Assembly: GCA_022775045.1 (NCBI GenBank)
Contig: JALFLB010000011.1
Coordinates: 23,384-87,383, forward strand
Reading direction: 5' to 3'
DNA: 64,000 nucleotides
DNA from: Agathobacter sp.
GTDB lineage: Bacteria; Bacillota; Clostridia; Lachnospirales; Lachnospiraceae
Part shown: in pieces, positions 1-8,961 of the stretch
Position numbering within the stretch: the stretch's first letter is position 1
Layout of the letters: each line of letters begins with the position of its first letter
Position numbers and translations under genes: made by a program
The notes under the pieces: generated by a model
Told to the model about the DNA's origin: nothing
Seen by the model: the letters and a program-made list of their open reading frames with translations, nothing else
The model's database searches: none

Positions 1-279
1 AAGGAAGGGGAGAACTCTCCACTGATTGAGACTGAAAGTGCCTATTACTTTGTGCGCCTGGATAAAGAAACAGATGAGGATGCTACAGAAAAAAACCGTG
101 AATCAATTATTAATACCCGCAAGACGGATCATTACAACGAAGTTTTGACGGGTTGGCAGGAGAACGATGGCTGGAAGGTCAAGGATAAAGTACTGGCCAA
201 GATTTCTTTTAAGAATTCACTTACTCAGAAGGATCCGAATGCTTCCGCAGAGACAGAGAATGTGCAGAGTACACAGTAA
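1..279 (+). CDS. 3' end of a gene entering from the left edge; likely PrsA/SurA-like peptidyl-prolyl isomerase (foldase)
   Basis: Frame is open from base 1 (KEGENSPLIETESAYYFVRLDKETDE...GWKVKDKVLAKISF), resembling the end of a parvulin domain plus C-terminal helix. The stop overlaps the aroK ATG (TAATG). Confidence 0.55.
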   Translation, partial: KEGENSPLIETESAYYFVRLDKETDEDATEKNRESIINTRKTDHYNEVLTGWQENDGWKVKDKVLAKISFKNSLTQKDPNASAETENVQSTQ

Positions 280-788
280 TGTTGAAAGATAATATTGTAT
301 TAATCGGAATGCCGGGGGTGGGTAAAAGCACCGTCGGCGTTATCCTTGCCAAGGTGCTTGGCTATCAGTTTGTTGATGCGGATCTGTTGATTCAGCAGCA
401 GGAAGGAAGACTTTTGTGCGATATTATTGCCCAGGAGGGGACGGAAGGATTCATTCAGGTAGAGAACCGGGTGAATGCATCAATTGAGGCAAAGCATGCG
501 ATCATCGCAACTGGCGGGAGTGTTGTGTACGGAGCGGAAGCAATGGAGCATCTGCGACGGATTGGCACGGTCATCTATTTGAAGGTGCCATATTCGGTTT
601 TAAAAAAGCGGCTTGCAGATATTCAGGGAAGAGGCGTTGTTCTGAAAGAGGGACAGAACCTGTATGATCTTTATTTGGAACGCACACCGTTGTATGAGAA
701 GTATGCGGATGTTGAGATTTCCGAAGCAGGGCTTGATATAGAACAGACTGTGGATCAAATTGTTGAGAAACTGAAGTTTCATGAATAA
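279..788 (+). CDS. aroK: Shikimate kinase
   Basis: P-loop GMPGVGKST, DAD motif, IATGGSVV and LYLERTPLYEKYAD. Confidence 0.93.
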   Translation: MLKDNIVLIGMPGVGKSTVGVILAKVLGYQFVDADLLIQQQEGRLLCDIIAQEGTEGFIQVENRVNASIEAKHAIIATGGSVVYGAEAMEHLRRIGTVIYLKVPYSVLKKRLADIQGRGVVLKEGQNLYDLYLERTPLYEKYADVEISEAGLDIEQTVDQIVEKLKFHE

Positions 789-848
789 CAATTGCAAATG
801 TAACGAATAGTATAGTTAGTAGGGGCATTTCATTTTTTGAGGTGAGAT

Positions 849-2141
849 ATGGAACAGTACGTGATCAAGGGCGGGAATCCGCTGAATGGTGAGGTTGAAA
901 TCGGTGGCGCAAAGAACGCTGCACTTGCAATTCTTGCAGCATCCATCATGACCGATGAGACTGTTACAATAGAGAATTTACCGAATGTGAGAGATATCAA
1001 TGTTCTGTTGCAGGCCATTGAAGAGATTGGGGCAAAAGTAGAACGGATTAATGATCATAAAGTGAAAATCAATGGGTCTTTTATTCGCGATGTGAGTGTG
1101 GACAACGAGTTTATTCGCAGAATTCGTGCGTCTTATTATTTGATTGGTGCTCTGCTTGGAAAATACAAGCGGGCGGAGGTGGCTCTTCCGGGTGGATGTG
1201 ATATTGGAAGCCGCCCGATAGACCTTCATATCAAGGGGTTCCGCGCAATGGGAGCACAGGTTGATATCGCACATGGATTGGTTGTTGCAGAGGCACAGGC
1301 TCTGACCGGGACACATATCTATCTGGATAAGGTATCGGTGGGAGCAACCATTAATATTATGATGGCTGCGTCTATGGCTCAGGGGAAAACGGTGATTGAG
1401 AATGCGGCGAAGGAACCACATGTCGTTGATGTGGCTAACTTTTTAAATAGTATGGGTGCGAATATCCGTGGTGCGGGTACCGATGTGATTCGTATTGTGG
1501 GGGTTGAGAAGCTTCATAAGACCGAATATTCAATTATTCCGGATCAGATTGAGGCGGGGACCTTTATGTTTGCTGTTGCAGCTGCTGGCGGAGATGTTCT
1601 GGTGAAAGATGTAATTCCTAAGCATTTGGAAGCTACGACGGCGAAGCTGGTTGAAGCTGGCTGCAAAGTAGAAGAATTTGATGATGCGGTTCGTATCATT
1701 TCGGATGGTAAGCTCCATCATACACAGGTGACAACACTTCCGTATCCGGGATTTCCCACAGATATGCAGCCTCAGATGGCGGTACTTTTGGGAATCGCGG
1801 AGGGAACAAGTACGGTGACAGAGAGTATCTTTGAGAACCGTTTCAAGTATGTGGATGAGTTGACCCGTATGGGAGCTAATATCAAGGTGGAGAGCAATAT
1901 TGCGATTATCAACGGGGTATCGCGTTATACGGGGGCAAGAGTTAATGCACCGGATCTTAGAGCCGGCGCAGCATTAGTGATTGCTGGTCTGGTTGCTGAA
2001 GGAATTACCGTTGTGGACGATATTTATTATATTGAGCGGGGGTATGAGGCATTTGAGAAAAAACTCCGGAGGATAGGCGCACAGATTGAAAAAATATCAG
2101 ATGAGAAAGAACTTCAGAAGTTTATATTAAAAGTTTCATAA
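849..2141 (+). CDS. murA: UDP-N-acetylglucosamine 1-carboxyvinyltransferase
   Basis: GAKNAAL, RASYYLIGALL, LPGGCDIGSRPIDLH (catalytic Cys), PGFPTDMQ and DLRAGAAL; RBS GAGGTG. Confidence 0.97.
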   Translation: MEQYVIKGGNPLNGEVEIGGAKNAALAILAASIMTDETVTIENLPNVRDINVLLQAIEEIGAKVERINDHKVKINGSFIRDVSVDNEFIRRIRASYYLIGALLGKYKRAEVALPGGCDIGSRPIDLHIKGFRAMGAQVDIAHGLVVAEAQALTGTHIYLDKVSVGATINIMMAASMAQGKTVIENAAKEPHVVDVANFLNSMGANIRGAGTDVIRIVGVEKLHKTEYSIIPDQIEAGTFMFAVAAAGGDVLVKDVIPKHLEATTAKLVEAGCKVEEFDDAVRIISDGKLHHTQVTTLPYPGFPTDMQPQMAVLLGIAEGTSTVTESIFENRFKYVDELTRMGANIKVESNIAIINGVSRYTGARVNAPDLRAGAALVIAGLVAEGITVVDDIYYIERGYEAFEKKLRRIGAQIEKISDEKELQKFILKVS

Positions 2142-2144
2142 TAG

Positions 2145-2180
2145 AAACCCGCACGGATAAAATCATCCGTGCGGGTTTTT
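2145..2180. terminator. Bidirectional intrinsic terminator between murA and the HD-GYP gene
   Basis: 14-bp inverted repeat AAACCCGCACGGAT/ATCCGTGCGGGTTT between convergent genes, with a T-run. Confidence 0.88.
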
Positions 2181-3315
2181 AAATGACGGCTTTGATAAAC
2201 AGATCTTTACTGGCGGTGGACAGATCCAGACAGCTGTTGTCATCAAACTGTACAATCGGTCGGGAGAGAGAATTCTGGTTAATCATAACAATGTTACAGC
2301 CTCTTCCGTCGCTTAGAATGACACGATTGCTCTGATAGGTGGTGGCAACATGGTGAAGAAAGGTGAAAATATATTTCGTGTGATATTTTTGGAAGCCATC
2401 TTTCTCAAAATTGCTGATTACCTGGAACGGACACAACGGCGAACGGTAAGAACGGGCCGTTGTCATGGCATCGTACACATCTGCAATTGCCACAATCATA
2501 GCGTAGTTATCGATAAAATCTTCCGTAAGTCCCGTTGGATAGCCGGTTCCATCGCAACGCTCGTGGTGCATGAGGGCGGCCTTTTTGATACGGGAATCCA
2601 AATCGTTCTGTCTTTTCAGGATTTCATATCCCAGCTTTGGATGCTGTTTTATTTGGGCAAATTCTTCATCGGTAAGAGCTCCGGGCTTGTTCAGAATTTC
2701 ATTTGGAATCAGCAGCTTACCAATGTCATGCAGTAAGCCGGCAAGAGTCAAAACGTCGAGATCGTGGCGTTCAAATTTTAGCCAGCGTCCGATCATACGT
2801 GAGATTAATGACACGTTCAGACAGTGGGCATAGGTAGAATCGGCAATTGTCCGCATATTGTAAAGCATGTCAAACAATTCTGCAATGGTGTTGCGGGAGC
2901 GAAACAGATTGGAGACACAGGAGAGAAGCGTTTCTGTGTCGATTGGGTCATTGTGCTGAATGGCAGCTATAAAGGATTTTTTCATCTGTTCAATTGCCTG
3001 AATATATTGAATCTGAAATGTACGGAATTCAGACGAAGCAGCCACCTTCTGGGAATGGGTTTTGCTCTCTTCGGCATGGGTTTTGGGAATCTTAGGTGCT
3101 TCTGCCGGAGCTTCTGCTGTAACCACTTCCGGTTCTGCTGGAGCAGGATCATCTCCCTCAACGGCGGCATACTCAACGCGATAAAGCTTCATTCGATTAA
3201 TCAGCTGGCGTGTGATGGTGGTTCCTTCCGGTGCAAGAATCTGTCCTAAAGGTGTTGCGACGGGTTCCGCAGTGATCATTCCGATTTCTAATTCTCTAGG
3301 GTTTAGCTTTCGCAT
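2179..3315 (-). CDS. HD-GYP domain protein (putative c-di-GMP phosphodiesterase)
   Basis: LLHDIGK, MHHERCDGTGYP and IADVYDAMT motifs. Start placed at ATG 3315 behind a GGAGG RBS. Confidence 0.88.
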   Translation of the reverse strand: MRKLNPRELEIGMITAEPVATPLGQILAPEGTTITRQLINRMKLYRVEYAAVEGDDPAPAEPEVVTAEAPAEAPKIPKTHAEESKTHSQKVAASSEFRTFQIQYIQAIEQMKKSFIAAIQHNDPIDTETLLSCVSNLFRSRNTIAELFDMLYNMRTIADSTYAHCLNVSLISRMIGRWLKFERHDLDVLTLAGLLHDIGKLLIPNEILNKPGALTDEEFAQIKQHPKLGYEILKRQNDLDSRIKKAALMHHERCDGTGYPTGLTEDFIDNYAMIVAIADVYDAMTTARSYRSPLCPFQVISNFEKDGFQKYHTKYIFTFLHHVATTYQSNRVILSDGRGCNIVMINQNSLSRPIVQFDDNSCLDLSTASKDLFIKAVI

Positions 3316-3344
3316 TTTTATCCTCCACAAGTGTATATACATTC

Positions 3345-3390
3345 AGTATAAGTTTTCTTGTGAAAAATGTCAATAAAATAGGGCTTGACA
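3345..3390. promoter_or_regulatory. Back-to-back SigA promoters (HD-GYP gene on -, SAM riboswitch/metK on +)
   Basis: Minus strand: TTGACA (3368-3373), 17 bp, TATACT (3345-3350). Plus strand: TTGACA (3385-3390), 17 bp, TATTGT. Confidence 0.65.
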
Positions 3391-3451
3391 GATATAAGAA
3401 ATCGCGTTATTGTATCGAATAGATATTTCAAATTTAATATTGTAAGCTTTT

Positions 3452-3572
3452 CTCTTATTCAGAGTGATGGAGATACATAGGATCTGTGAAGTCACGGCAA
3501 CCCCTGTTATAGATGAGAATAATCATCATTGTGGAAGGTGCTAACCTGAGCGAGTTTATCGAACAATAAGAG
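3452..3572 (+). ncRNA. SAM-I (S-box) riboswitch aptamer
   Basis: P1 CTCTTATT/AATAAGAG, CAGAG...GGAG, CGGCAACC...GGTGCTAA core; directly upstream of metK and followed by a terminator. Confidence 0.88.
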
Positions 3573-3595
3573 GATTTGATTATCTAGATATTCAG

Positions 3596-3619
3596 TCCGC
3601 TTAGTTAAGCGGATTTTTT
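3596..3619 (+). terminator. Expression-platform terminator of the SAM riboswitch
   Basis: TCCGCTTA/TAAGCGGA stem followed by a T-run, between the aptamer and the metK RBS. Confidence 0.75.
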
Positions 3620-3645
3620 ATTGGACACAAAGAGAGGAGAACAGA

Positions 3646-4827
3646 ATGGAAAAACGATTATTTACATCAGAGTCTGTAACAGAAGGGCATCCTGACAAAA
3701 TGTGTGATGCTATCTCCGATGCGATTCTGGATGCCTGCATGGAGCAGGATCCGATGAGCCGCGTTGCCTGTGAGACGGCAAGCTGTACCGGATTTGTGCT
3801 TGTGACAGGTGAGATTACAACGAAGGCACAGCTTGATATCCCGGCAATCGTCAGAAAGACGGTCAATGAAATTGGTTACAACGATGCCAAGACTGGTTTT
3901 GATGGCAATACCTGTGCAGTTATGGTGGCATTGGACCAGCAGTCCGCAGATATTGCTATGGGGGTAGACAAGGCATTGGAGGCAAAGAAAGGAGCCCTTA
4001 CAGATGACCTGGATACGGGAGCCGGAGATCAGGGTATGATGTTCGGATATGCAACGAATGAGACGCAGGAACTGATGCCGTATCCGATTTCCCTTGCCCA
4101 TAAGCTTGCATTGCAGCTGACAAAGGTGCGTAAGGAGGGAACACTTCCTTACCTTCGTCCGGATGGGAAAACACAGGTTTCGGTTGAGTATGATGAGAAT
4201 GGAAAGCCGAAGAGACTTGAGGCAGTTGTATTATCCACCCAGCATGACGAGGATGTGACACAGGAACAGATTCATGAGGATATCCAAAAATATGTTTTTG
4301 ATCCGGTTCTTCCAAAGGATATGATTGATGATAGTACAAAATTTTTCATTAATCCGACCGGACGTTTTGTTATCGGTGGACCGCACGGTGATGCGGGACT
4401 GACAGGACGTAAAATTATTGTGGATACTTATGGTGGGTATGCCCGTCATGGCGGTGGAGCGTTCTCAGGTAAAGATTGTACCAAGGTAGACCGTTCCGCA
4501 GCGTATGCGGCACGTTATGTGGCAAAAAATATTGTTGCAGCAGGGCTTGCAGAGAAGTGTGAGATTCAGTTGTCTTATGCAATTGGAGTCGCACAGCCAA
4601 CTTCCGTTATGGTGGATACATTTGGCACAGGTAAGCTTGCAGATGAAAAGCTTGTTGAGATTGTAAGAGAGAATTTTGATCTTCGTCCGGCCGGAATTAT
4701 TAAGATGCTGGATTTGCGCAGACCGATTTATCGCGGAACGGCAGCATATGGACATTTTGGGCGTACTGATCTGGATCTTCCGTGGGAGGCTACTAACAAG
4801 GTAGAAGTTCTGAAGAAGTATTTATAA
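3646..4827 (+). CDS. metK: S-adenosylmethionine synthetase
   Basis: [33 protein letters not shown] and GGGAFSGKD. Confidence 0.98.
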   Translation: MEKRLFTSESVTEGHPDKMCDAISDAILDACMEQDPMSRVACETASCTGFVLVTGEITTKAQLDIPAIVRKTVNEIGYNDAKTGFDGNTCAVMVALDQQSADIAMGVDKALEAKKGALTDDLDTGAGDQGMMFGYATNETQELMPYPISLAHKLALQLTKVRKEGTLPYLRPDGKTQVSVEYDENGKPKRLEAVVLSTQHDEDVTQEQIHEDIQKYVFDPVLPKDMIDDSTKFFINPTGRFVIGGPHGDAGLTGRKIIVDTYGGYARHGGGAFSGKDCTKVDRSAAYAARYVAKNIVAAGLAEKCEIQLSYAIGVAQPTSVMVDTFGTGKLADEKLVEIVRENFDLRPAGIIKMLDLRRPIYRGTAAYGHFGRTDLDLPWEATNKVEVLKKYL

Positions 4828-4886
4828 GTAAATGTCGGGCAGTTTATGAAAAGTTTACATATTTTCTGCTGAAACAATGCTATAAT

Positions 4887-4919
4887 AAGGCACAGGGGAT
4901 ATCCTCTGTGTCTTTTTTT
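4887..4919 (+). terminator. Intrinsic terminator after metK, overlapping a likely promoter for the kinase gene
   Basis: AAGGCACAGGGG/CCTCTGTGTCTT stem plus T-run; extended -10 TGCTATAAT at 4878-4886 abuts it. Confidence 0.7.
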
Positions 4920-4940
4920 GCGGATGGAAGGGAAGTATCA

Positions 4941-6431
4941 ATGAAGATAAAAACGAAACTCATTATCTCATTCTGTATCATTATTTTTGTGCCTGTTTTG
5001 CTTGCGGCTGCAACGCTGATCGGGTTTTGCAATTTTCAGGTACACGCCATTGAGCAGACGTACGGAATCAAGAATGCGGATGCATACAGCGTACTCTATT
5101 CGGTTAAGCTTCTGAACAAATACACGGTCGCTGACTTTGAGGACATTCAGGAGGCGATTCGGATGGAACCGGCGAAGCTTGCAGAGCAAAGTTATCTAAT
5201 GGAATTGAATGAGGATTTAAGCCAGAAATATTCTTACCTGATCGTGCGCAAGGGAAAGAAAGTATTTTTTAATGGAGGAACGAACAATCAGGAAATCATA
5301 GCGTCCCTGCCGGCTTTCGGAACAACCGGAGCTGCGAACGGGACAGAAACCTATATTGACAGCGATCATGAAATTCTGGTTAAGCAGGTGGATTTTAAGT
5401 TCTCTTCCGGAGAAAAAGCAACGGCATTTATTGTGACCTCGTTCAATGGAACGGTTTCTGAGATGCGACAGTTGATCCTTGGCGGTTCAATTTCCATTGT
5501 GTGCATTCTTCTTTTGACGGCACTTATGATGATTATATGGATTTACAGGAGTATGATCACTCCGATTCGAAAGCTGCAAGTGGCTGCAGAAAATATTAAG
5601 GAGGGAAATCTTGATTTTTCTGTGGAAGTAAGCGGGGAGGATGAAATCGGCGAGCTCTGCGTCACCTTTGAGGAAATGCGTCAGCGGCTTAAGGACAATG
5701 CGGAGGAAAAGCTGAGCAATGAGAAGGAAAATAAAGCACTGATCAGCAATATTGCACATGATTTAAAGACTCCTATCACAGCAGTTAAGGGATATGCGGA
5801 AGGAATTATTGATGGGGTGGCAAATACGCCGGAAAAGGTTGATAAATATGTTCGCACCATTTACAATAAGGCGAATGAGATGGATACGCTTATCAACGAA
5901 CTGACTCTTTATTCAAAGATTGATACAAACCGGATTCCGTATAATTTTGCAAAGATTCATATATCAGAATATTTTAAGGACTGTATAGAGGAAATCGGAC
6001 TTGATCTGGAGGCGAAAGGAATTGGTTTGTCATACTATAACTATGCGGCTCCGGATACGCTTATCATTGCTGATGCGGAGCAACTGAGGCGTGTGATCAA
6101 TAATATTATTGGAAATTCCATCAAGTACATGAATAAGACGGAGAAATTCATCAATATCCGGATTAAAGATGTGGGGGATTTTATACAGGTGGAGATTGAA
6201 GATAATGGCCGGGGAATTGCCCAAAAGGACTTGCCGTATATTTTTGACCGCTTTTACAGGACGGATGCATCTCGCAATTCGGCCACTGGTGGCAGTGGGA
6301 TTGGCTTATCTATTGTTAAGAAAATAATTGAAGACCATGGAGGAAAGATCTGGGCGACCAGCAAGGAGGACTCAGGAACGACCATGTATTTTGTAATTCG
6401 TAAATATCAGGAGGTGAAAGCAAATGAGTAG
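4941..6431 (+). CDS. HAMP-domain sensor histidine kinase
   Basis: Two TM segments, HAMP domain, H-box IAHDLKTP, N-box NIIGNSIKY, DNGRGI and GSGIGLSI. Confidence 0.93.
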   Translation: MKIKTKLIISFCIIIFVPVLLAAATLIGFCNFQVHAIEQTYGIKNADAYSVLYSVKLLNKYTVADFEDIQEAIRMEPAKLAEQSYLMELNEDLSQKYSYLIVRKGKKVFFNGGTNNQEIIASLPAFGTTGAANGTETYIDSDHEILVKQVDFKFSSGEKATAFIVTSFNGTVSEMRQLILGGSISIVCILLLTALMMIIWIYRSMITPIRKLQVAAENIKEGNLDFSVEVSGEDEIGELCVTFEEMRQRLKDNAEEKLSNEKENKALISNIAHDLKTPITAVKGYAEGIIDGVANTPEKVDKYVRTIYNKANEMDTLINELTLYSKIDTNRIPYNFAKIHISEYFKDCIEEIGLDLEAKGIGLSYYNYAAPDTLIIADAEQLRRVINNIIGNSIKYMNKTEKFINIRIKDVGDFIQVEIEDNGRGIAQKDLPYIFDRFYRTDASRNSATGGSGIGLSIVKKIIEDHGGKIWATSKEDSGTTMYFVIRKYQEVKANE

Positions 6432-7113
6432 AATATTGATTGTTGAGGATGAGGTTGCAATTGCAGACCTTGAGAAAGATTATTTAGAACTGAGCGGTTT
6501 TGAGGTTGAAATTGAAAATGATGGAAGACGCGGACTTGATCGGGCGCTGAAGGAAGACTTTGATCTTTATATTCTGGATCTGATGCTGCCTGAGGTGGAT
6601 GGATTTGAAATTTGCCGTCAGATCAGAGAGAATAAAAACACGCCGATTCTTATGGTATCGGCGAAAAAGGACGACATTGATAAAATCCGGGGGTTGGGGC
6701 TTGGAGCCGATGATTATGTTACCAAGCCGTTTTCGCCAAGTGAGCTGGTTGCGCGTGTTAAGGCGCATCTGGCGCGTTATGAACGCCTGATTTCCAGCAA
6801 TGCGCCAGAGAATGATATTGTAGAGATTCGTGGTATCCGCATCGATAAAACGGCACGACGGGTCTGGGTGAATGGAGAGGAGAAGCAGTTTACCACGAAG
6901 GAGTTTGATCTTCTTACTTTTCTTGCAGAGAATCCGAACCATGTTTTTACCAAGGAGGAATTATTCCGGGAAATATGGGATATGGAATCAATCGGTGATA
7001 TTGCAACGGTAACGGTGCATATTAAGAAAATCCGTGAGAAGATTGAGATGAATACCAATAAGCCGCAGTATATTGAGACCATTTGGGGAGTTGGATATCG
7101 GTTCAAACTCTAA
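6424..7113 (+). CDS. OmpR-family response regulator
   Basis: ILIVEDE, LDLMLP, GADDYVTKPF and winged helix with TVTVHIKKIR...IETIWGVGY; overlaps the kinase stop. Confidence 0.95.
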   Translation: MSRILIVEDEVAIADLEKDYLELSGFEVEIENDGRRGLDRALKEDFDLYILDLMLPEVDGFEICRQIRENKNTPILMVSAKKDDIDKIRGLGLGADDYVTKPFSPSELVARVKAHLARYERLISSNAPENDIVEIRGIRIDKTARRVWVNGEEKQFTTKEFDLLTFLAENPNHVFTKEELFREIWDMESIGDIATVTVHIKKIREKIEMNTNKPQYIETIWGVGYRFKL

Positions 7114-7120
7114 GGAAAGG

Positions 7121-7163
7121 AAAAAAGCCGTTGCATGGCTGATCTATAGCACATGCAACGGCT
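7121..7163 (-). terminator. Intrinsic terminator whose U-tract lies on the minus strand
   Basis: 12-bp repeat AGCCGTTGCATG/CATGCAACGGCT preceded by A6 on + (T6 on -). It may also stop response-regulator transcripts. Confidence 0.75.
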
Positions 7164-7545
7164 CTATTGTTATGAAATACTATTGTTCTCTGGAACACCA
7201 GATTTTGCTCGATCGCGTTTCTTATTAAGCAGAAAACTCTGCTTTGTAAAAACCTCTCCGGCAGGAGTGAGGAGTGCCTGATGGAGTGTAGGATCCTCCG
7301 CAGGAATCCGCATCCGGATATAAACTTTTTCCGCAGTCATATCACACTTAACCACAGATTACTTTGAAAACCCGCTTTCTGCAGTGGACAATCCGCTTGC
7401 TGAAAATGCAGAAATTAAAGGAATCCCAGTTCTCTATGTCAGCATATACACAACGTTGGTGCTGGTTCTATCCGTTTTACATCAAGTATTCTCACATCCT
7501 GTACCGTTGGTCATTTTTTATGCCGTCCAAAAATGGACTAGCAAT

Positions 7546-7574
7546 AGAATAAATCGAATAAGGAATTTTGTCAA
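7546..7574 (-). promoter_or_regulatory. Putative minus-strand SigA promoter
   Basis: TTGACA (7569-7574), 17 bp, TATTCT (7546-7551) on the minus strand. Confidence 0.55.
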
Positions 7575-7693
7575 TGGTAAATAATGCATATTTATGATTT
7601 ATGACAAGAATAGTGGGGAAAATATACTTGGCAAACCCTTTATCTTGCGATAGACTAAATTTTGAAAAGAAAATGAAGGAGAAGGGAGAAGTT

Positions 7694-8746
7694 ATGGCGA
7701 ACGGTACGCAGACACCGCATAAACGTCGTGTTCATTACAGTGGCAAATATCCAAAGCGTTTTGAGGAAAAATATAAGGAGCAGAATCCGGAAAAATATCA
7801 GGACACGATTAAGAAGGTTATACAAAAAGGAAGTACTCCTGCGGGAATGCATATTTCGATTATGGTAAAGGAAATTTTGAATATTCTTGCTATCCAGCCG
7901 GGGGAGACGGGGTTCGATGCTACGTTAGGTTACGGAGGACATACGAAGGCGATGTTGGAGTGTCTCAAGGGACAGGGACATATGTATGCGACGGATGTGG
8001 ATCCGGTGGAACTTGAGAAGACAAAAAAGCGTCTGAAGGATGCCGGGTTTGGAGAGGAAATCCTGACAGTCAAGCAGCAGAATTTCTGCACTATTGATGA
8101 GATTGCAGCTGAGGCTGGAGGATTTGATTTTATACTGGCAGATCTTGGTGTTTCTTCCATGCAGATTGATAATCCCCAGAGAGGGTTTTCTTTTAAGGCG
8201 GACGGACCTTTGGACCTTCGATTGAATCAGAAAGCGGGAATCAGTGCGGCGGAGCGCTTGAGAACAATTTCCAGGGAGGAATTGGAGGGAATGCTGGATG
8301 AAAATTCGGATGAGCCCTATTGCCGAGAACTTGCCAGGGCAATTACGGATGAAATCCGAAAAGGGAATCCCATTGATACAACGGCAAAGCTTCGCGATGT
8401 GATTGCACGTACTCTGGATTTCCTGCCGGAGAAGGACAAAAAGGATATCATCAAGAAAACCTGTCAGAGAGTCTTTCAGGCACTGCGAATTGATGTGAAC
8501 CATGAATTTGAAGTACTGTATGATTTTTTGGACAAAGTGCCTGAGGCGTTAAAGCCGGGAGGCAGGGTTGCCATTCTTACGTTCCATTCAGGGGAGGATA
8601 AGCTGGTAAAGAAGGCATTCAAGAACGGATACCGGGAGGGAATCTACCGAGAGATTGCAAAAGATGTGATTCGGCCGAGTGCGCAGGAATGTGCACAAAA
8701 CGGAAGGGCAAAATCAACAAAATTGCGTTGGGCAATCCGGATGTAA
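7694..8746 (+). CDS. rsmH: RsmH/MraW-family 16S rRNA m4C methyltransferase, non-dcw paralog with N-terminal extension
   Basis: HISIMVKE, DATLGYGGH, DLGVSSMQID, RGFSF, FQALRIDVN and TFHSGED. Own promoter TTGGCA-17-TAGACT at 7628-7656. Confidence 0.85.
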   Translation: MANGTQTPHKRRVHYSGKYPKRFEEKYKEQNPEKYQDTIKKVIQKGSTPAGMHISIMVKEILNILAIQPGETGFDATLGYGGHTKAMLECLKGQGHMYATDVDPVELEKTKKRLKDAGFGEEILTVKQQNFCTIDEIAAEAGGFDFILADLGVSSMQIDNPQRGFSFKADGPLDLRLNQKAGISAAERLRTISREELEGMLDENSDEPYCRELARAITDEIRKGNPIDTTAKLRDVIARTLDFLPEKDKKDIIKKTCQRVFQALRIDVNHEFEVLYDFLDKVPEALKPGGRVAILTFHSGEDKLVKKAFKNGYREGIYREIAKDVIRPSAQECAQNGRAKSTKLRWAIRM

Positions 8747-8796
8747 ATTCCCATTTTTACCTATTGCAAAATCACAAAAAATAAATTATAATGACC

Positions 8797-8894
8797 TCGT
8801 TATATGACTGACGGAACAAGTGAGGAAGGTTTGAATCACTTAGAATGTGGAGCACCACGTGAAGTATAACGTATATGAGCCGACCGTCTGGGCA
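8797..8894 (+). ncRNA. ZMP/ZTP (pfl) riboswitch
   Basis: TGACTGACGGA...GTGGAGCACCAC...GCCGACCGTCTGGGCA signature upstream of pflB. Promoter TTGCAA-17-TATAAT at 8764-8792. Confidence 0.9.
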
Positions 8895-8917
8895 GAGAAG
8901 CCCGGATGGTCTTTTTT
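8882..8917 (+). terminator. Terminator of the ZTP riboswitch expression platform
   Basis: GACCGTCTGGGC/GCCCGGATGGTC stem (with G.U pairs) plus T-run; the left arm is the aptamer 3' element. Confidence 0.85.
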
Positions 8918-8961
8918 AGTTTTAAGAAGCATATAAGTAACAGGATAAGGAGGAAAAACCA

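Noticed and set aside
7170-7355. 61-aa minus-strand CDS
   Set aside because: No RBS before any candidate start and no recognisable motif; treated instead as part of the orphan transcript finding.
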